Shown: piece after piece, positions 47,913 through 56,728 of the stretch
Layout: the number at the start of each line of letters is the position of its first letter
Position numbering within the stretch: position 1 is the stretch's first letter
Source: Flavobacterium sp.
Lineage (GTDB): Bacteria; Bacteroidota; Bacteroidia; Flavobacteriales; Flavobacteriaceae
Length of the DNA stretch: 62,251 nt
Reading direction: 5' to 3'
Assembly: GCF_049590715.1 (NCBI RefSeq)
Contig: NZ_JBAWDL010000158.1
Span: 1-62,251, forward strand
Notes under the pieces: model-generated
Database searches by the model: none
The model's input: the letters and a program-made list of their open reading frames with translations, nothing else
What the model was told of the DNA's origin: nothing
Made by a program: the position numbers and the translations under genes

Positions 47913-48530
47913 CTACATTTTTTGAAGCTTTTTCAGGGGGAAAATTTCAGGATGCTTATTTAAAATTTCAGTCCATAATTGATAACCAGCAGGGGTAAGG
48001 TGTAACCCGTCTTCTATATAGTATTTAGGATTTGGTGTCCCCTCATTATTCAACATTAAATCAAAGAGATCTATAAAATGAAAATTAGAATCTTTGGATA
48101 ATAATTTTTGGATAGTAGTATTTGTAAAACGAATACTGTCTTTTAAATACCAACGATTAAAACTAGGTTTGATAGATATAAAAGAACAAGGTATGTTGCC
48201 ATATTTAGTTCTTATTTTATGTATTAAATTTTCTAAAAATAAAATGACTTCTTCAGGATGTCTTCCTTCACCTAAATCATTTTCTCCAGCATATATGATA
48301 ATAGCTTCAGGAGTTTTTATATTTTCGAATACACGATCAAAATACCAAGTGCAAGCGCCTAATGTCGAACCTCCAAAACCTAAATTAGCAGGATGGTATT
48401 CTTCAAAAACTGTTGTTAATTCCTTCCATAAAGTGAAAGTGGAACTTCCGTAAAAAATTAATTTAGGATTTGTTTTTAAGGCTGTTATTTCTTTTTCTAG
48501 TCGTTCTAAATCTTCTTGGTACCAATACAT
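47913..48530 (-). CDS. GDSL/SGNH hydrolase
   Basis: FYGSS, NLGFGGS, YAGENDL, DGLH. Confidence 0.9.
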   Translation of the reverse strand: MYWYQEDLERLEKEITALKTNPKLIFYGSSTFTLWKELTTVFEEYHPANLGFGGSTLGACTWYFDRVFENIKTPEAIIIYAGENDLGEGRHPEEVILFLENLIHKIRTKYGNIPCSFISIKPSFNRWYLKDSIRFTNTTIQKLLSKDSNFHFIDLFDLMLNNEGTPNPKYYIEDGLHLTPAGYQLWTEILNKHPEIFPLKKLQKM

Positions 48531-49029
48531 GTCTTCTAAATTCTCTTTAATTAATACCTAAATATAAAGTTTTAAAAATCAAATAAAATCATGATTTTGA
48601 ATTTATTTTAGAAATGATATTTATAAAAAGAGTTTTTTTTATATTTATATCATTTAATATTGAAGCTGTGTGTATTTTTTGATTGTTATATTACAAAATT
48701 AAATCGTTTCAATTAATTATTATACAGTGTTTTAGGTTTTTTTGTTTTATTGAGTTCTGATTTTTATTAAATGATTTAACCAATCAAAAAAAGTATGAAA
48801 TGACTTTGTTTCAGTATTATTTTTCACCAAATTATTTTTAGTTTTTTATCCTATTATTTAGGATTCTTTTACTGTAGAAAGTGAAATATAACAAATGCTA
48901 AACTAAAGATATACTGTTTTTAAGAATGTTCTTTCTGCTCTAGAAAAGGATTATAGTAGGATTTGTAATAAAGGGAGCCATTGCTATTTTCAAAGTTCGT
49001 ACCTTTGCGCCTTTAGAAAATTGCATACC

Positions 49030-49890
49030 ATGATTAAATTAGGAAAATACAATGCATTAAAGATTTTACGTGATACTCAAGTTGGGTTGTTTCTGGGTGA
49101 TCCAGAGACGGATCCAGAGGGAATTCACGATGTCTTATTGCCAAATAAATATGTGCCCAAGGTTTTTGATATAGGCGAGGAACTGATTGTTTTTGTCTAT
49201 CTAGATCACGAACAGCGTCCTGTTGCTACAACATTAGAGCCTTATATTTTGTTGAATGAATTTGCACTTTTACGTGTAAATTATGTCAACCAAGTTGGGG
49301 CTTTTATGGATTGGGGAATGGAAAAAGATATACTGGTTCCGTTTAAGGAGCAAGCCCGCCCGATGGAAAAAGGGAAACGTTATTTGGTTTACTTATATAT
49401 GGACGAGAAAACAAATCGTTTAGTTGCATCTAGTAAAACGAATCAGTTTTTGAAAAACGATGATTTGACAGTTGAAAAAGGGGAAGAAGTCGATTTGATT
49501 GTATCTCACATTACTGAACTGGGGATTAATGTAATCATAAACGAAAGACACAAAGGCTTGTTATACAAAGATGAAGTGTATGATGATGCGATTCGTACGG
49601 GTGACCGCATGCGTGGGTATATTAAAAATGTTCGTCCTGATAACAAAATCGATGTTTCGTTACAAATTCAAGGCTACGAAAATGTAGAACCCAATGCTGA
49701 AAAAATATTAGATGAATTGAGAGCGAGCCGTGGTTTCCTTCGCTTGAACGATAATTCACATCCTGAGGATATTAAAACGGTATTGAAAATGAGTAAGAAA
49801 ACATTTAAAAAAGCAATTGGTGCTTTGTACCGTGAAAAAAGAATTGAAATTAAAGAAGATGGGATTTATTTGATCGAAGGAAGCATTTAA
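49030..49890 (+). CDS. CvfB-family S1 RNA-binding protein
   Basis: VLLPNKY, GAFMDWG, MSKKTFKKAIGALY; TACCTTTG promoter element at 49000..49007. Confidence 0.88.
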   Translation: MIKLGKYNALKILRDTQVGLFLGDPETDPEGIHDVLLPNKYVPKVFDIGEELIVFVYLDHEQRPVATTLEPYILLNEFALLRVNYVNQVGAFMDWGMEKDILVPFKEQARPMEKGKRYLVYLYMDEKTNRLVASSKTNQFLKNDDLTVEKGEEVDLIVSHITELGINVIINERHKGLLYKDEVYDDAIRTGDRMRGYIKNVRPDNKIDVSLQIQGYENVEPNAEKILDELRASRGFLRLNDNSHPEDIKTVLKMSKKTFKKAIGALYREKRIEIKEDGIYLIEGSI

Positions 49891-49935
49891 AAACTTTAAA
49901 CTTTAGTACCTCAAAACTTTTATAAAAGGATAAAA

Positions 49936-49967
49936 AAAAAGACTAATCCAATGTGGTTAGTCTTTTT
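49936..49967 (+). terminator. Terminator after the CvfB-family gene
   Basis: AAAAAGACTAA/TTAGTCTTTTT stem. Confidence 0.75.
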
Positions 49968-50568
49968 CTTTTATAGCTTTTCTTATTTTTGAAATGCTAT
50001 ATTTATTTAACAAAATGAAACTAAAAACGTTTCCTTCTCGTACTCTTTCCTTATCTTTTTTTAGCGCTTATTAGTATAACGAAGCTATTTAACCTTAAAA
50101 CCGTTGGTTTGTGTACCGTCTTTGGATTTTACTTATTCATTTTGTTGATTATAATAATCAAGTATAGTAATCCAACAAGCAACCTTTGGTGTTATTTTCG
50201 ATCAATCGCAATAAAAATTAGTGCTTCCCTTTTGGGCTCTTCTTTTCCGATGATTAGATTTAGTACCGTACTTAAAAGAGTGATAAAGCGTGATGTGTTT
50301 TTCAAATATTCTTTTTTTAGGTTAATAAATCAGTGAAATATGTTATCGCTAATTAGGATTGTAAATATTTGACCAATGCGCTAACTAACTATGTCTAAAT
50401 TAGTGAAAAATTAGTTTCACTCGACACAAACTTGGTATTATTATTTGAATTTTAACACTATTTAGAGTTTAACGGGAGAAATATTACTAGGTTTTCAATG
50501 ATGTATTATAGTAGTAAATGCAAAAAAATAATTTATTTTTACACTATAATTATTAAACGAATTTTAGC

Positions 50569-51399
50569 ATGGATTGGATTACTGCCAAAGAATACGAAGA
50601 TATCACCTATAAGAAATGCAACGGAGTGGCTCGAATTGCCTTCAACCGTCCAAATGTTCGAAATGCATTCCGCCCTAAAACAACTTCCGAATTATACGAT
50701 GCCTTTTATGATGCGCAAGAAGACACCTCAATAGGAGTAGTATTGCTTTCTGCTGAAGGCCCTTCTACTAAGGATGGTGTGTATTCTTTTTGCAGTGGTG
50801 GTGACCAGAACGCTCGTGGTCATCAAGGTTATGTTGGTGAAGATGGACAACATCGCTTGAATATTCTTGAAGTACAGCGACTAATCCGTTTTATGCCTAA
50901 AGTCGTAATTGCTGTTGTTCCAGGATGGGCAGTAGGAGGAGGACACAGTTTACATGTAGTATGTGATATGAGTTTGGCAAGTAAAGAACATGCTATTTTT
51001 AAACAAACGGATGCTGATGTAACCAGTTTTGATGGTGGTTACGGTTCAGCTTACCTTGCCAAAATGGTGGGGCAAAAGAAAGCAAGAGAAATTTTCTTCC
51101 TTGGTCGCAATTACTCCGCTCAAGAAGCTTTTGAAATGGGAATGGTCAATGCTGTAATTCCTCATGACGAATTAGAAGATACCGCTTACGAATGGGCACA
51201 AGAAATATTGGCTAAATCACCAACATCTATCAAAATGCTAAAATTTGCCATGAACCTTACCGATGACGGAATGGTTGGGCAACAAGTTTTTGCTGGTGAA
51301 GCCACAAGATTAGCTTATATGACTGAAGAGGCTAAAGAAGGACGCAACGCCTTCCTAGAAAAAAGAAAACCGAACTTTGAGAAAAAGTGGTTACCATAA
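50569..51399 (+). CDS. menB: 1,4-dihydroxy-2-naphthoyl-CoA synthase
   Basis: RPNVRNAFRP, FCSGGDQ, GGGHSLHVVCD, SFDGGYGS. Confidence 0.96.
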   Translation: MDWITAKEYEDITYKKCNGVARIAFNRPNVRNAFRPKTTSELYDAFYDAQEDTSIGVVLLSAEGPSTKDGVYSFCSGGDQNARGHQGYVGEDGQHRLNILEVQRLIRFMPKVVIAVVPGWAVGGGHSLHVVCDMSLASKEHAIFKQTDADVTSFDGGYGSAYLAKMVGQKKAREIFFLGRNYSAQEAFEMGMVNAVIPHDELEDTAYEWAQEILAKSPTSIKMLKFAMNLTDDGMVGQQVFAGEATRLAYMTEEAKEGRNAFLEKRKPNFEKKWLP

Positions 51400-51404
51400 A
51401 AGGA

Positions 51405-51462
51405 GTTTCAAGTTTCAAGTTTAACGTTGTTAGAAGTTAACTTGAAACCTTAAACTTGAGAC
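51405..51462. repeat. Heptamer inverted-repeat element (GTTTCAA-type), second copy
   Basis: GTTTCAA GTTTCAA GTTTAAC GTTGTT ... AGTTAAC TTGAAAC CTTAAAC TTGAGAC. Confidence 0.8.
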
Positions 51463-51484
51463 AAAATCAAACAAAACAAATAAA

Positions 51485-52447
51485 ATGAAACATTGGATTG
51501 AAGCAGCAAGACTACGTACATTACCATTATCTGTATCAGGGATAATTGTTGGAAGTATGTATGCACTTGCACACCCCACAACTGATATATTAACCCCAAC
51601 TGACGTATTCAACTGGAGACTTTTTGGCTTTGCTATATTGACGACTTTAGGATTGCAAATCCTGTCTAATTTTGCTAATGATTATGGTGATGGAGTCAAA
51701 GGAACCGATAATTCTGATAGAGTAGGACCAATGCGTGCGATACAATCAGGTGTTATTTCACCTAAAGCAATGAAACAAGCGATTATAATTACAGCTATGT
51801 TAACCTTACTATCTGCTGTTTTATTGATTTACTTTGCATTTACAGATACTAATATTTTTTACACATTGTTCTTTTTGGCATTGGGAATTTTAGCCATTAT
51901 TTCTGCAATTCGTTATACTGTTGGGAATACCGCTTATGGATACCGTGGATACGGAGATTTGTTTGTCTTCGTTTTCTTTGGTTTGGTAAGTACCTTAGGT
52001 GTTAATTTTTTGTATTCTAAGGAAATTGATGTATTACTTATTTTGCCTGCTGCAGCCATCGGATTATTGAGTGTAGGAGTTCTTAATCTTAATAATATGC
52101 GTGACGAAGAATCGGATAGAAAATCCAATAAAAACACTATAGTTGTCAAAATTGGAGGAGCCAAAGCTAAAATATACCATTACTTTTTGATTGTAACGGC
52201 TATGCTTTTGGTATTGATTTTTGCTCTTTTGGATGAGTTTAATTTCGACCAGTATTTGTTTTTGTTGGTTTACATTCCTTTAATTAATCATTTAATTACC
52301 GTTTCTAAAAACAAGACACCTAAAACATTAGACCCAGAGTTGAAAAAACTAGCCTTAAGTACTTTTGCGCTTTCCGTTTTATTGGCTTTGTGTATGATTT
52401 TCTTTTTTTCAGATATTTTGGTAAACTTATTTTTAGGTGGTAGATAG
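51485..52447 (+). CDS. menA: 1,4-dihydroxy-2-naphthoate prenyltransferase
   Basis: RLRTLPLS, NFANDYGDGVKGTD, NNMRDEESD. Confidence 0.95.
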   Translation: MKHWIEAARLRTLPLSVSGIIVGSMYALAHPTTDILTPTDVFNWRLFGFAILTTLGLQILSNFANDYGDGVKGTDNSDRVGPMRAIQSGVISPKAMKQAIIITAMLTLLSAVLLIYFAFTDTNIFYTLFFLALGILAIISAIRYTVGNTAYGYRGYGDLFVFVFFGLVSTLGVNFLYSKEIDVLLILPAAAIGLLSVGVLNLNNMRDEESDRKSNKNTIVVKIGGAKAKIYHYFLIVTAMLLVLIFALLDEFNFDQYLFLLVYIPLINHLITVSKNKTPKTLDPELKKLALSTFALSVLLALCMIFFFSDILVNLFLGGR

Positions 52448-52454
52448 ATTTTAA

Positions 52455-52489
52455 TAGTAAATAGTTATTAGTGAGTAGTAATTAGTAAA
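52455..52489. repeat. Five TAGTnnn heptamers
   Basis: TAGTAAA TAGTTAT TAGTGAG TAGTAAT TAGTAAA. Confidence 0.7.
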
Positions 52490-52498
52490 AAGATACAA

Positions 52499-53176
52499 AT
52501 GAAAATAACATTTTACGGACATGCATCCCTTGGAATTCAAGTTGGAGACATCAATATTATAGTAGACCCATTTATTACAGGCAACCTTAAAGCGGCCCAT
52601 ATTGATGTCAATATGTTAAAAGCGGATTATATCTTGCTTACCCATGCGCACGGTGATCATGTGTTGGATGTCGAAGCTATTGCAACTAATACAGATGCCG
52701 TTATAGTTTCTAATGCTGAAATTGCAGGATATTACGCGGCCAAAGGTTTTACAGCCCACCCTATGAATCACGGCGGAAGCTGGGATTTTGATTTTGGTAA
52801 AGTGAAATACGTCAATGCAGTACATTCTAGCTCGTTTCCTGATGGGACTTATGGCGGAAACCCAGGAGGTTTTGTCATCGAGGGAGAACATAAAAACATT
52901 TACATTGCTGGCGATACAGCGTTGACGATGGATATGAAATTGATTCCTATGCGAACCAAATTAGACTTAGCTATTCTTCCTATAGGCGATAATTTTACTA
53001 TGGATGTCGAGGATGCTATCATGGCTTCGGACTTTGTGGAATGTGATAAAGTACTTGGAATTCATTACGATACCTTCGGCTATATCGAAATTAATCACAA
53101 AGAAGCCATCCAAAAATTTTTTGATAAAGACAAAGATTTAATGTTGCTAACTATTGGTGAAAGTATCGAATTATAA
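52499..53176 (+). CDS. Metallo-beta-lactamase-fold metal-dependent hydrolase (UPF0173-like)
   Basis: THAHGDH, AGDT, PIGDNFTM, HYDTF. Confidence 0.9.
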   Translation: MKITFYGHASLGIQVGDINIIVDPFITGNLKAAHIDVNMLKADYILLTHAHGDHVLDVEAIATNTDAVIVSNAEIAGYYAAKGFTAHPMNHGGSWDFDFGKVKYVNAVHSSSFPDGTYGGNPGGFVIEGEHKNIYIAGDTALTMDMKLIPMRTKLDLAILPIGDNFTMDVEDAIMASDFVECDKVLGIHYDTFGYIEINHKEAIQKFFDKDKDLMLLTIGESIEL

Positions 53177-53185
53177 TTTTTTTTA

Positions 53186-53263
53186 GGAGCTATTCCTGCT
53201 GTCCGCTATATCTTTTTATTTTTTAAAGAAAAAATAAAAAGGATGCCGCTTCCATCAGGGCTA
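53186..53263 (+). ncRNA. Structured intergenic repeat element, Flavo-1-like, short copy
   Basis: GGAGCTATTCCTGCT...CATCAGGGCTA termini pair; inner stem ATCTTTTTATTTTTT/AAAAAATAAAAAGGAT; family name is from recall. Confidence 0.55.
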
Positions 53264-53290
53264 GGAGTCCCGTTATTTAATATTATTTGT

Positions 53291-54490
53291 GTGAAAAAAA
53301 TACATGTATTGCTATTCGTTAGCATTTGTTTTCAGTCGGTTTTTGCTCAAAAAGAAGGGTATTGGGACAAAGATCGTGCCTTTATCAAAGAAATTAACGT
53401 TTCTGCTCGTGATCGTAACATCATCAAAATTGATGATTTGCCTACAGGAACTACTGAACTTATCTATAGAATCACCCTTCTCGACGAGAATCAACAAATG
53501 GCAGGGAGTTTAACCTCTATTCTAAAAGCCATTCCAGATCCTACAGGTATTAGTCAAGGTTCTGCTGGAGCTGTTTTCTTAATGTCTAAAATATCAGGAG
53601 ATGACAAATGTAAATACGCCATTTTCACTAATAAAGATAACGCATCCAAATATCAAAAAACTGGTAAAACTAATGAGGCATGTTTGGTACAAGATACACC
53701 TTTAAGCAAAGATGCCAAAAGGCTTTCCATAGATAAATCGTCTTGTTTAAAATACAATTCAGAGGCGCTCTGGTTTGGTTTTGAAAGCACCAATTGGATT
53801 ATGAAACAAAAAATTGTGGTCGAAATTGTGCCTTGGGTTGATAGTAAATTAAGTCGTGGTTGGACCTTAGAAAACCGAAAATTCATCATCAACCAATGCA
53901 AGACCTCTGCTTTAGCTCGTAAAATGACCAGTTCAGATGATTTTTGTATTTGCTTAGAAGAAAAAATCCAAAAAGAATACCGTTTTGATGAATTTCAAAA
54001 ACTGTTAACCATTGAACAAGCCAAAATTTACAAAGACAATGGAAACGCTTGTTATGGTGAAACCACAGTCTCTAAAACTGTTTATGCTGATTTGAGAAGC
54101 GCAGCCAATACAGCTGTTAAGAAAGGAGATTATGGTTTGGCAATCAAAAACTACACGACCATTATCAATGACAATCAAGGTAGTATTTTGGATTACTCCA
54201 ATTTGGGTTATTGTTATTTGATTACCAAACAATATGGCAAAGCACTCAAATACCTAAAAGAAGGAGAGCAAAAAGACAGCACTGAATTGTTTGTCAAACT
54301 CAATCTTGCCCACGCTTATTTGTTGAATGATAACTATTCAGCAGCTAAATCCATTTACAAAGAATACCAAACGCAAAATCTTACAGATAGCTTAAGTTGG
54401 ACTCAAAAAGTAAAAGACGATTTTACCCTTTTTCAAAAGTTAGGATTACCATCAGCTGATTTTGACAGAGTTTTGAAGTTGTTTAAATAA
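53291..54490 (+). CDS. Secreted tetratricopeptide repeat protein
   Basis: GTG 53291 gives signal peptide ...VFA-Q; C-terminal TPRs (YSNLGYCYL, NLAHAYL). Confidence 0.8.
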   Translation: MKKIHVLLFVSICFQSVFAQKEGYWDKDRAFIKEINVSARDRNIIKIDDLPTGTTELIYRITLLDENQQMAGSLTSILKAIPDPTGISQGSAGAVFLMSKISGDDKCKYAIFTNKDNASKYQKTGKTNEACLVQDTPLSKDAKRLSIDKSSCLKYNSEALWFGFESTNWIMKQKIVVEIVPWVDSKLSRGWTLENRKFIINQCKTSALARKMTSSDDFCICLEEKIQKEYRFDEFQKLLTIEQAKIYKDNGNACYGETTVSKTVYADLRSAANTAVKKGDYGLAIKNYTTIINDNQGSILDYSNLGYCYLITKQYGKALKYLKEGEQKDSTELFVKLNLAHAYLLNDNYSAAKSIYKEYQTQNLTDSLSWTQKVKDDFTLFQKLGLPSADFDRVLKLFK

Positions 54491-54882
54491 GCTTTAAAAA
54501 GATTTTTGAATGTAGATTAACAAATTTTTATTTCAGATTTTGCGTTAATACAAAAAAAATGCTGATTCTAGAATATACTTTGTTACAAAGCAAAATCATA
54601 CGTTTTTATAACAACAGATTCATAGATTTCAAAAAAAATAATGCTGAAGTAAAGGACGAATTAATTTGCGCTAATTCCGCTTCAAGCGGTTTGTTTTCAA
54701 TCCACATTATATTAAAATTAGCGAATCTGCGGTCCGTTTTTTTACTCATAGATTTGTCCTGTCAATTGGTGATTTAATCTACATTTTTGCTTTATGTTTC
54801 TTCGTGGTAAAACCTTAAAAATCTAATATTATTTATAGCTATAAAGTATATCTTTGTTAAAAAATTAATTACAGGTAAGAGT

Positions 54883-55881
54883 ATGTTGTTTTCTTTAATA
54901 ATTCCGGTTTATAACCGTCCAGACGAAGTAGAAGAACTTTTAGAAAGTTTAGTACAATCTACTTATAAAGAATCATTTGAAATTGTTTTGGTAGAGGATG
55001 GATCTACGCTTCGTTGTGACGAAGTCGTAAATAAATTTATCAATCAATTGTCTATTTCGTACTACTACAAAGAAAATTCAGGACCTGGAGATTCTAGAAA
55101 TTACGGTATGCTAAAAGCCAAAGGTGATTATTTTATCATTTTTGATTCGGACTGTATTATTCCTAAACAATATTTGAATGAAGTGGCTACCGAATTACAA
55201 GCAAAATATGTTGATTGTTTTGGTGGACCTGATGGTGCGCTAGACAGTTTTTCGGACATTCAAAAAGCGATTAATTTTACCATGACTTCTTTTTTGACAA
55301 CCGGAGGAATCCGTGGTGGCTCTGAGAAAATCGGAAAATTTCAACCACGTAGTTTCAATATGGGATTGTCCCGAAAAGCCTTTGAAGCGTCTAATGGTTT
55401 TGGTAATATTCATCCTGGTGAAGATCCAGACTTATCTATTCGTTTGTGGGAATTAGGGTTTGAAACAAGACTTTTTACCAGAGCCTTTGTTTATCATAAA
55501 CGTCGTATTGATTGGGATAAATTTACGATTCAGGTAAATAAATTTGGAAAAGCTCGCCCTATTTTGAATAGTTGGTACCCTAAATACAATAAACTGACGT
55601 TCTTTTTTCCATCATTATTTATCATTGGTTTTTATATAGCATTAATATTATTAATTTTTGCTAATGATTATTTATTAAAATTGTATTTTGTATACTTTGT
55701 CATCTTGTTTATCACTTCTACAATTAAAAATAAAAATCCTAAAATTGGGTATTTATCAGTGGTTGCCGCTTGGAAACAATTTTATGGCTACGGAATGGGA
55801 TTTATTGAGTCCTATATAAAAGTGATTGTATTAGGACAAAAACCACAAGCCGCATTCCCAGAATTGTTCTTTAAAAAGTAA
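54883..55881 (+). CDS. Glycosyltransferase family 2
   Basis: IIPVYNR, EDGS, FDSDC, GEDPDLS; C-terminal TM segments. Confidence 0.92.
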   Translation: MLFSLIIPVYNRPDEVEELLESLVQSTYKESFEIVLVEDGSTLRCDEVVNKFINQLSISYYYKENSGPGDSRNYGMLKAKGDYFIIFDSDCIIPKQYLNEVATELQAKYVDCFGGPDGALDSFSDIQKAINFTMTSFLTTGGIRGGSEKIGKFQPRSFNMGLSRKAFEASNGFGNIHPGEDPDLSIRLWELGFETRLFTRAFVYHKRRIDWDKFTIQVNKFGKARPILNSWYPKYNKLTFFFPSLFIIGFYIALILLIFANDYLLKLYFVYFVILFITSTIKNKNPKIGYLSVVAAWKQFYGYGMGFIESYIKVIVLGQKPQAAFPELFFKK

Positions 55882-55945
55882 ATCACTTTATATAGGATTA
55901 TAATATAATTGGTAAGTAGACTTTAAGTCTTCAAAGTTAATTTTT

Positions 55946-56004
55946 AGCCACAGATTAAAAGGATTAGCGCAGATTAATCTTTTTAATCATTTTAATTTGT
56001 GGCT
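55946..56004. repeat. REP-like imperfect inverted repeat built from GATT subunits
   Basis: AGCCACAGATTAAAAGGATTA / TAATCATTTTAATTTGTGGCT, 21-bp arms with 2 mismatches. Confidence 0.75.
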
Positions 56005-56072
56005 GTAATTTTTATATATTCAAGCTATTTTAGCTAAAATCTATGCTTTTGAATTTAATTGAGATTAATAAA

Positions 56073-56669
56073 ATGACAAAAACGATTGGATTAACGGGAG
56101 GTATTGGAAGTGGTAAAACAACAATCGCTTCTTATTTTCAGTCAAAAGGTATACCTATATATATAGCTGATGATGAAGCGCGCAAAATAATGCAATCAAG
56201 TGTTGTTATTCAGGCTATTAAAGAAAATTTTGGAGAAACTGTTTTTGATAAAGGTATTCTAATTAGACAAGCATTAGCCGAAATTGTGTTTAACGATGCA
56301 TCCAAATTAGAACAGCTGAATGCAATTATTCATCCTGCTGTTAAGGAGCATTTCAAAGAGTGGTTGACTGAAAAAAAAGACTTCCCTTATGTAATTTATG
56401 AAGCTGCTATTTTGTTTGAAAGTGGTTCATATAAAAATTTTGATATTATAATAAGTATTGTAGCTCCATTAGAACTTAGAATTGAGCGAGTTATGAAACG
56501 AGATAAAACTTCTCGCGAACATATTTTAAAGCGTATTGATGCTCAATGGACTGATCAACAACGGATTTCAAAAAGTGATTTTGTTATTGAGAATTCTGAT
56601 TTAGAAAAAGCAAAACTGAAAACCGATGAAATTCTTAAAATTTTGAAGATTAAACAAAAAGACTCTTAA
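56073..56669 (+). CDS. coaE: Dephospho-CoA kinase
   Basis: IGLTGGIGSGKT, LNAIIHP, EAAILFE; ATG 56073 preferred. Confidence 0.95.
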   Translation: MTKTIGLTGGIGSGKTTIASYFQSKGIPIYIADDEARKIMQSSVVIQAIKENFGETVFDKGILIRQALAEIVFNDASKLEQLNAIIHPAVKEHFKEWLTEKKDFPYVIYEAAILFESGSYKNFDIIISIVAPLELRIERVMKRDKTSREHILKRIDAQWTDQQRISKSDFVIENSDLEKAKLKTDEILKILKIKQKDS

Positions 56670-56728
56670 ATGTTAATCTTTGGTTAATGCTTTATTCTGT
56701 AGAATGTTAAAATGCTAAATTTGTTTCG

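Noticed and set aside
48531..49000. Replication origin or ncRNA in the long AT-rich gap
   Set aside because: No DnaA-box cluster, repeat array or stable structure seen; consistent with a divergent promoter region
50060..50336. 75-aa plus-strand ORF or a minus-strand gene remnant
   Set aside because: No recognisable motifs; the minus-strand frames give short stop-interrupted peptides I cannot assign; a TBLASTX search would be needed
50569..53176. Incomplete menaquinone operon
   Set aside because: The other men genes may lie outside the window; loss cannot be inferred
53243..53290. ATG start of the TPR gene
   Set aside because: Lies inside the repeat element; GTG 53291 yields a normal signal peptide
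54559..54777. 72-aa ORF
   Set aside because: Low-complexity intergenic sequence with repeat-like words; no protein features
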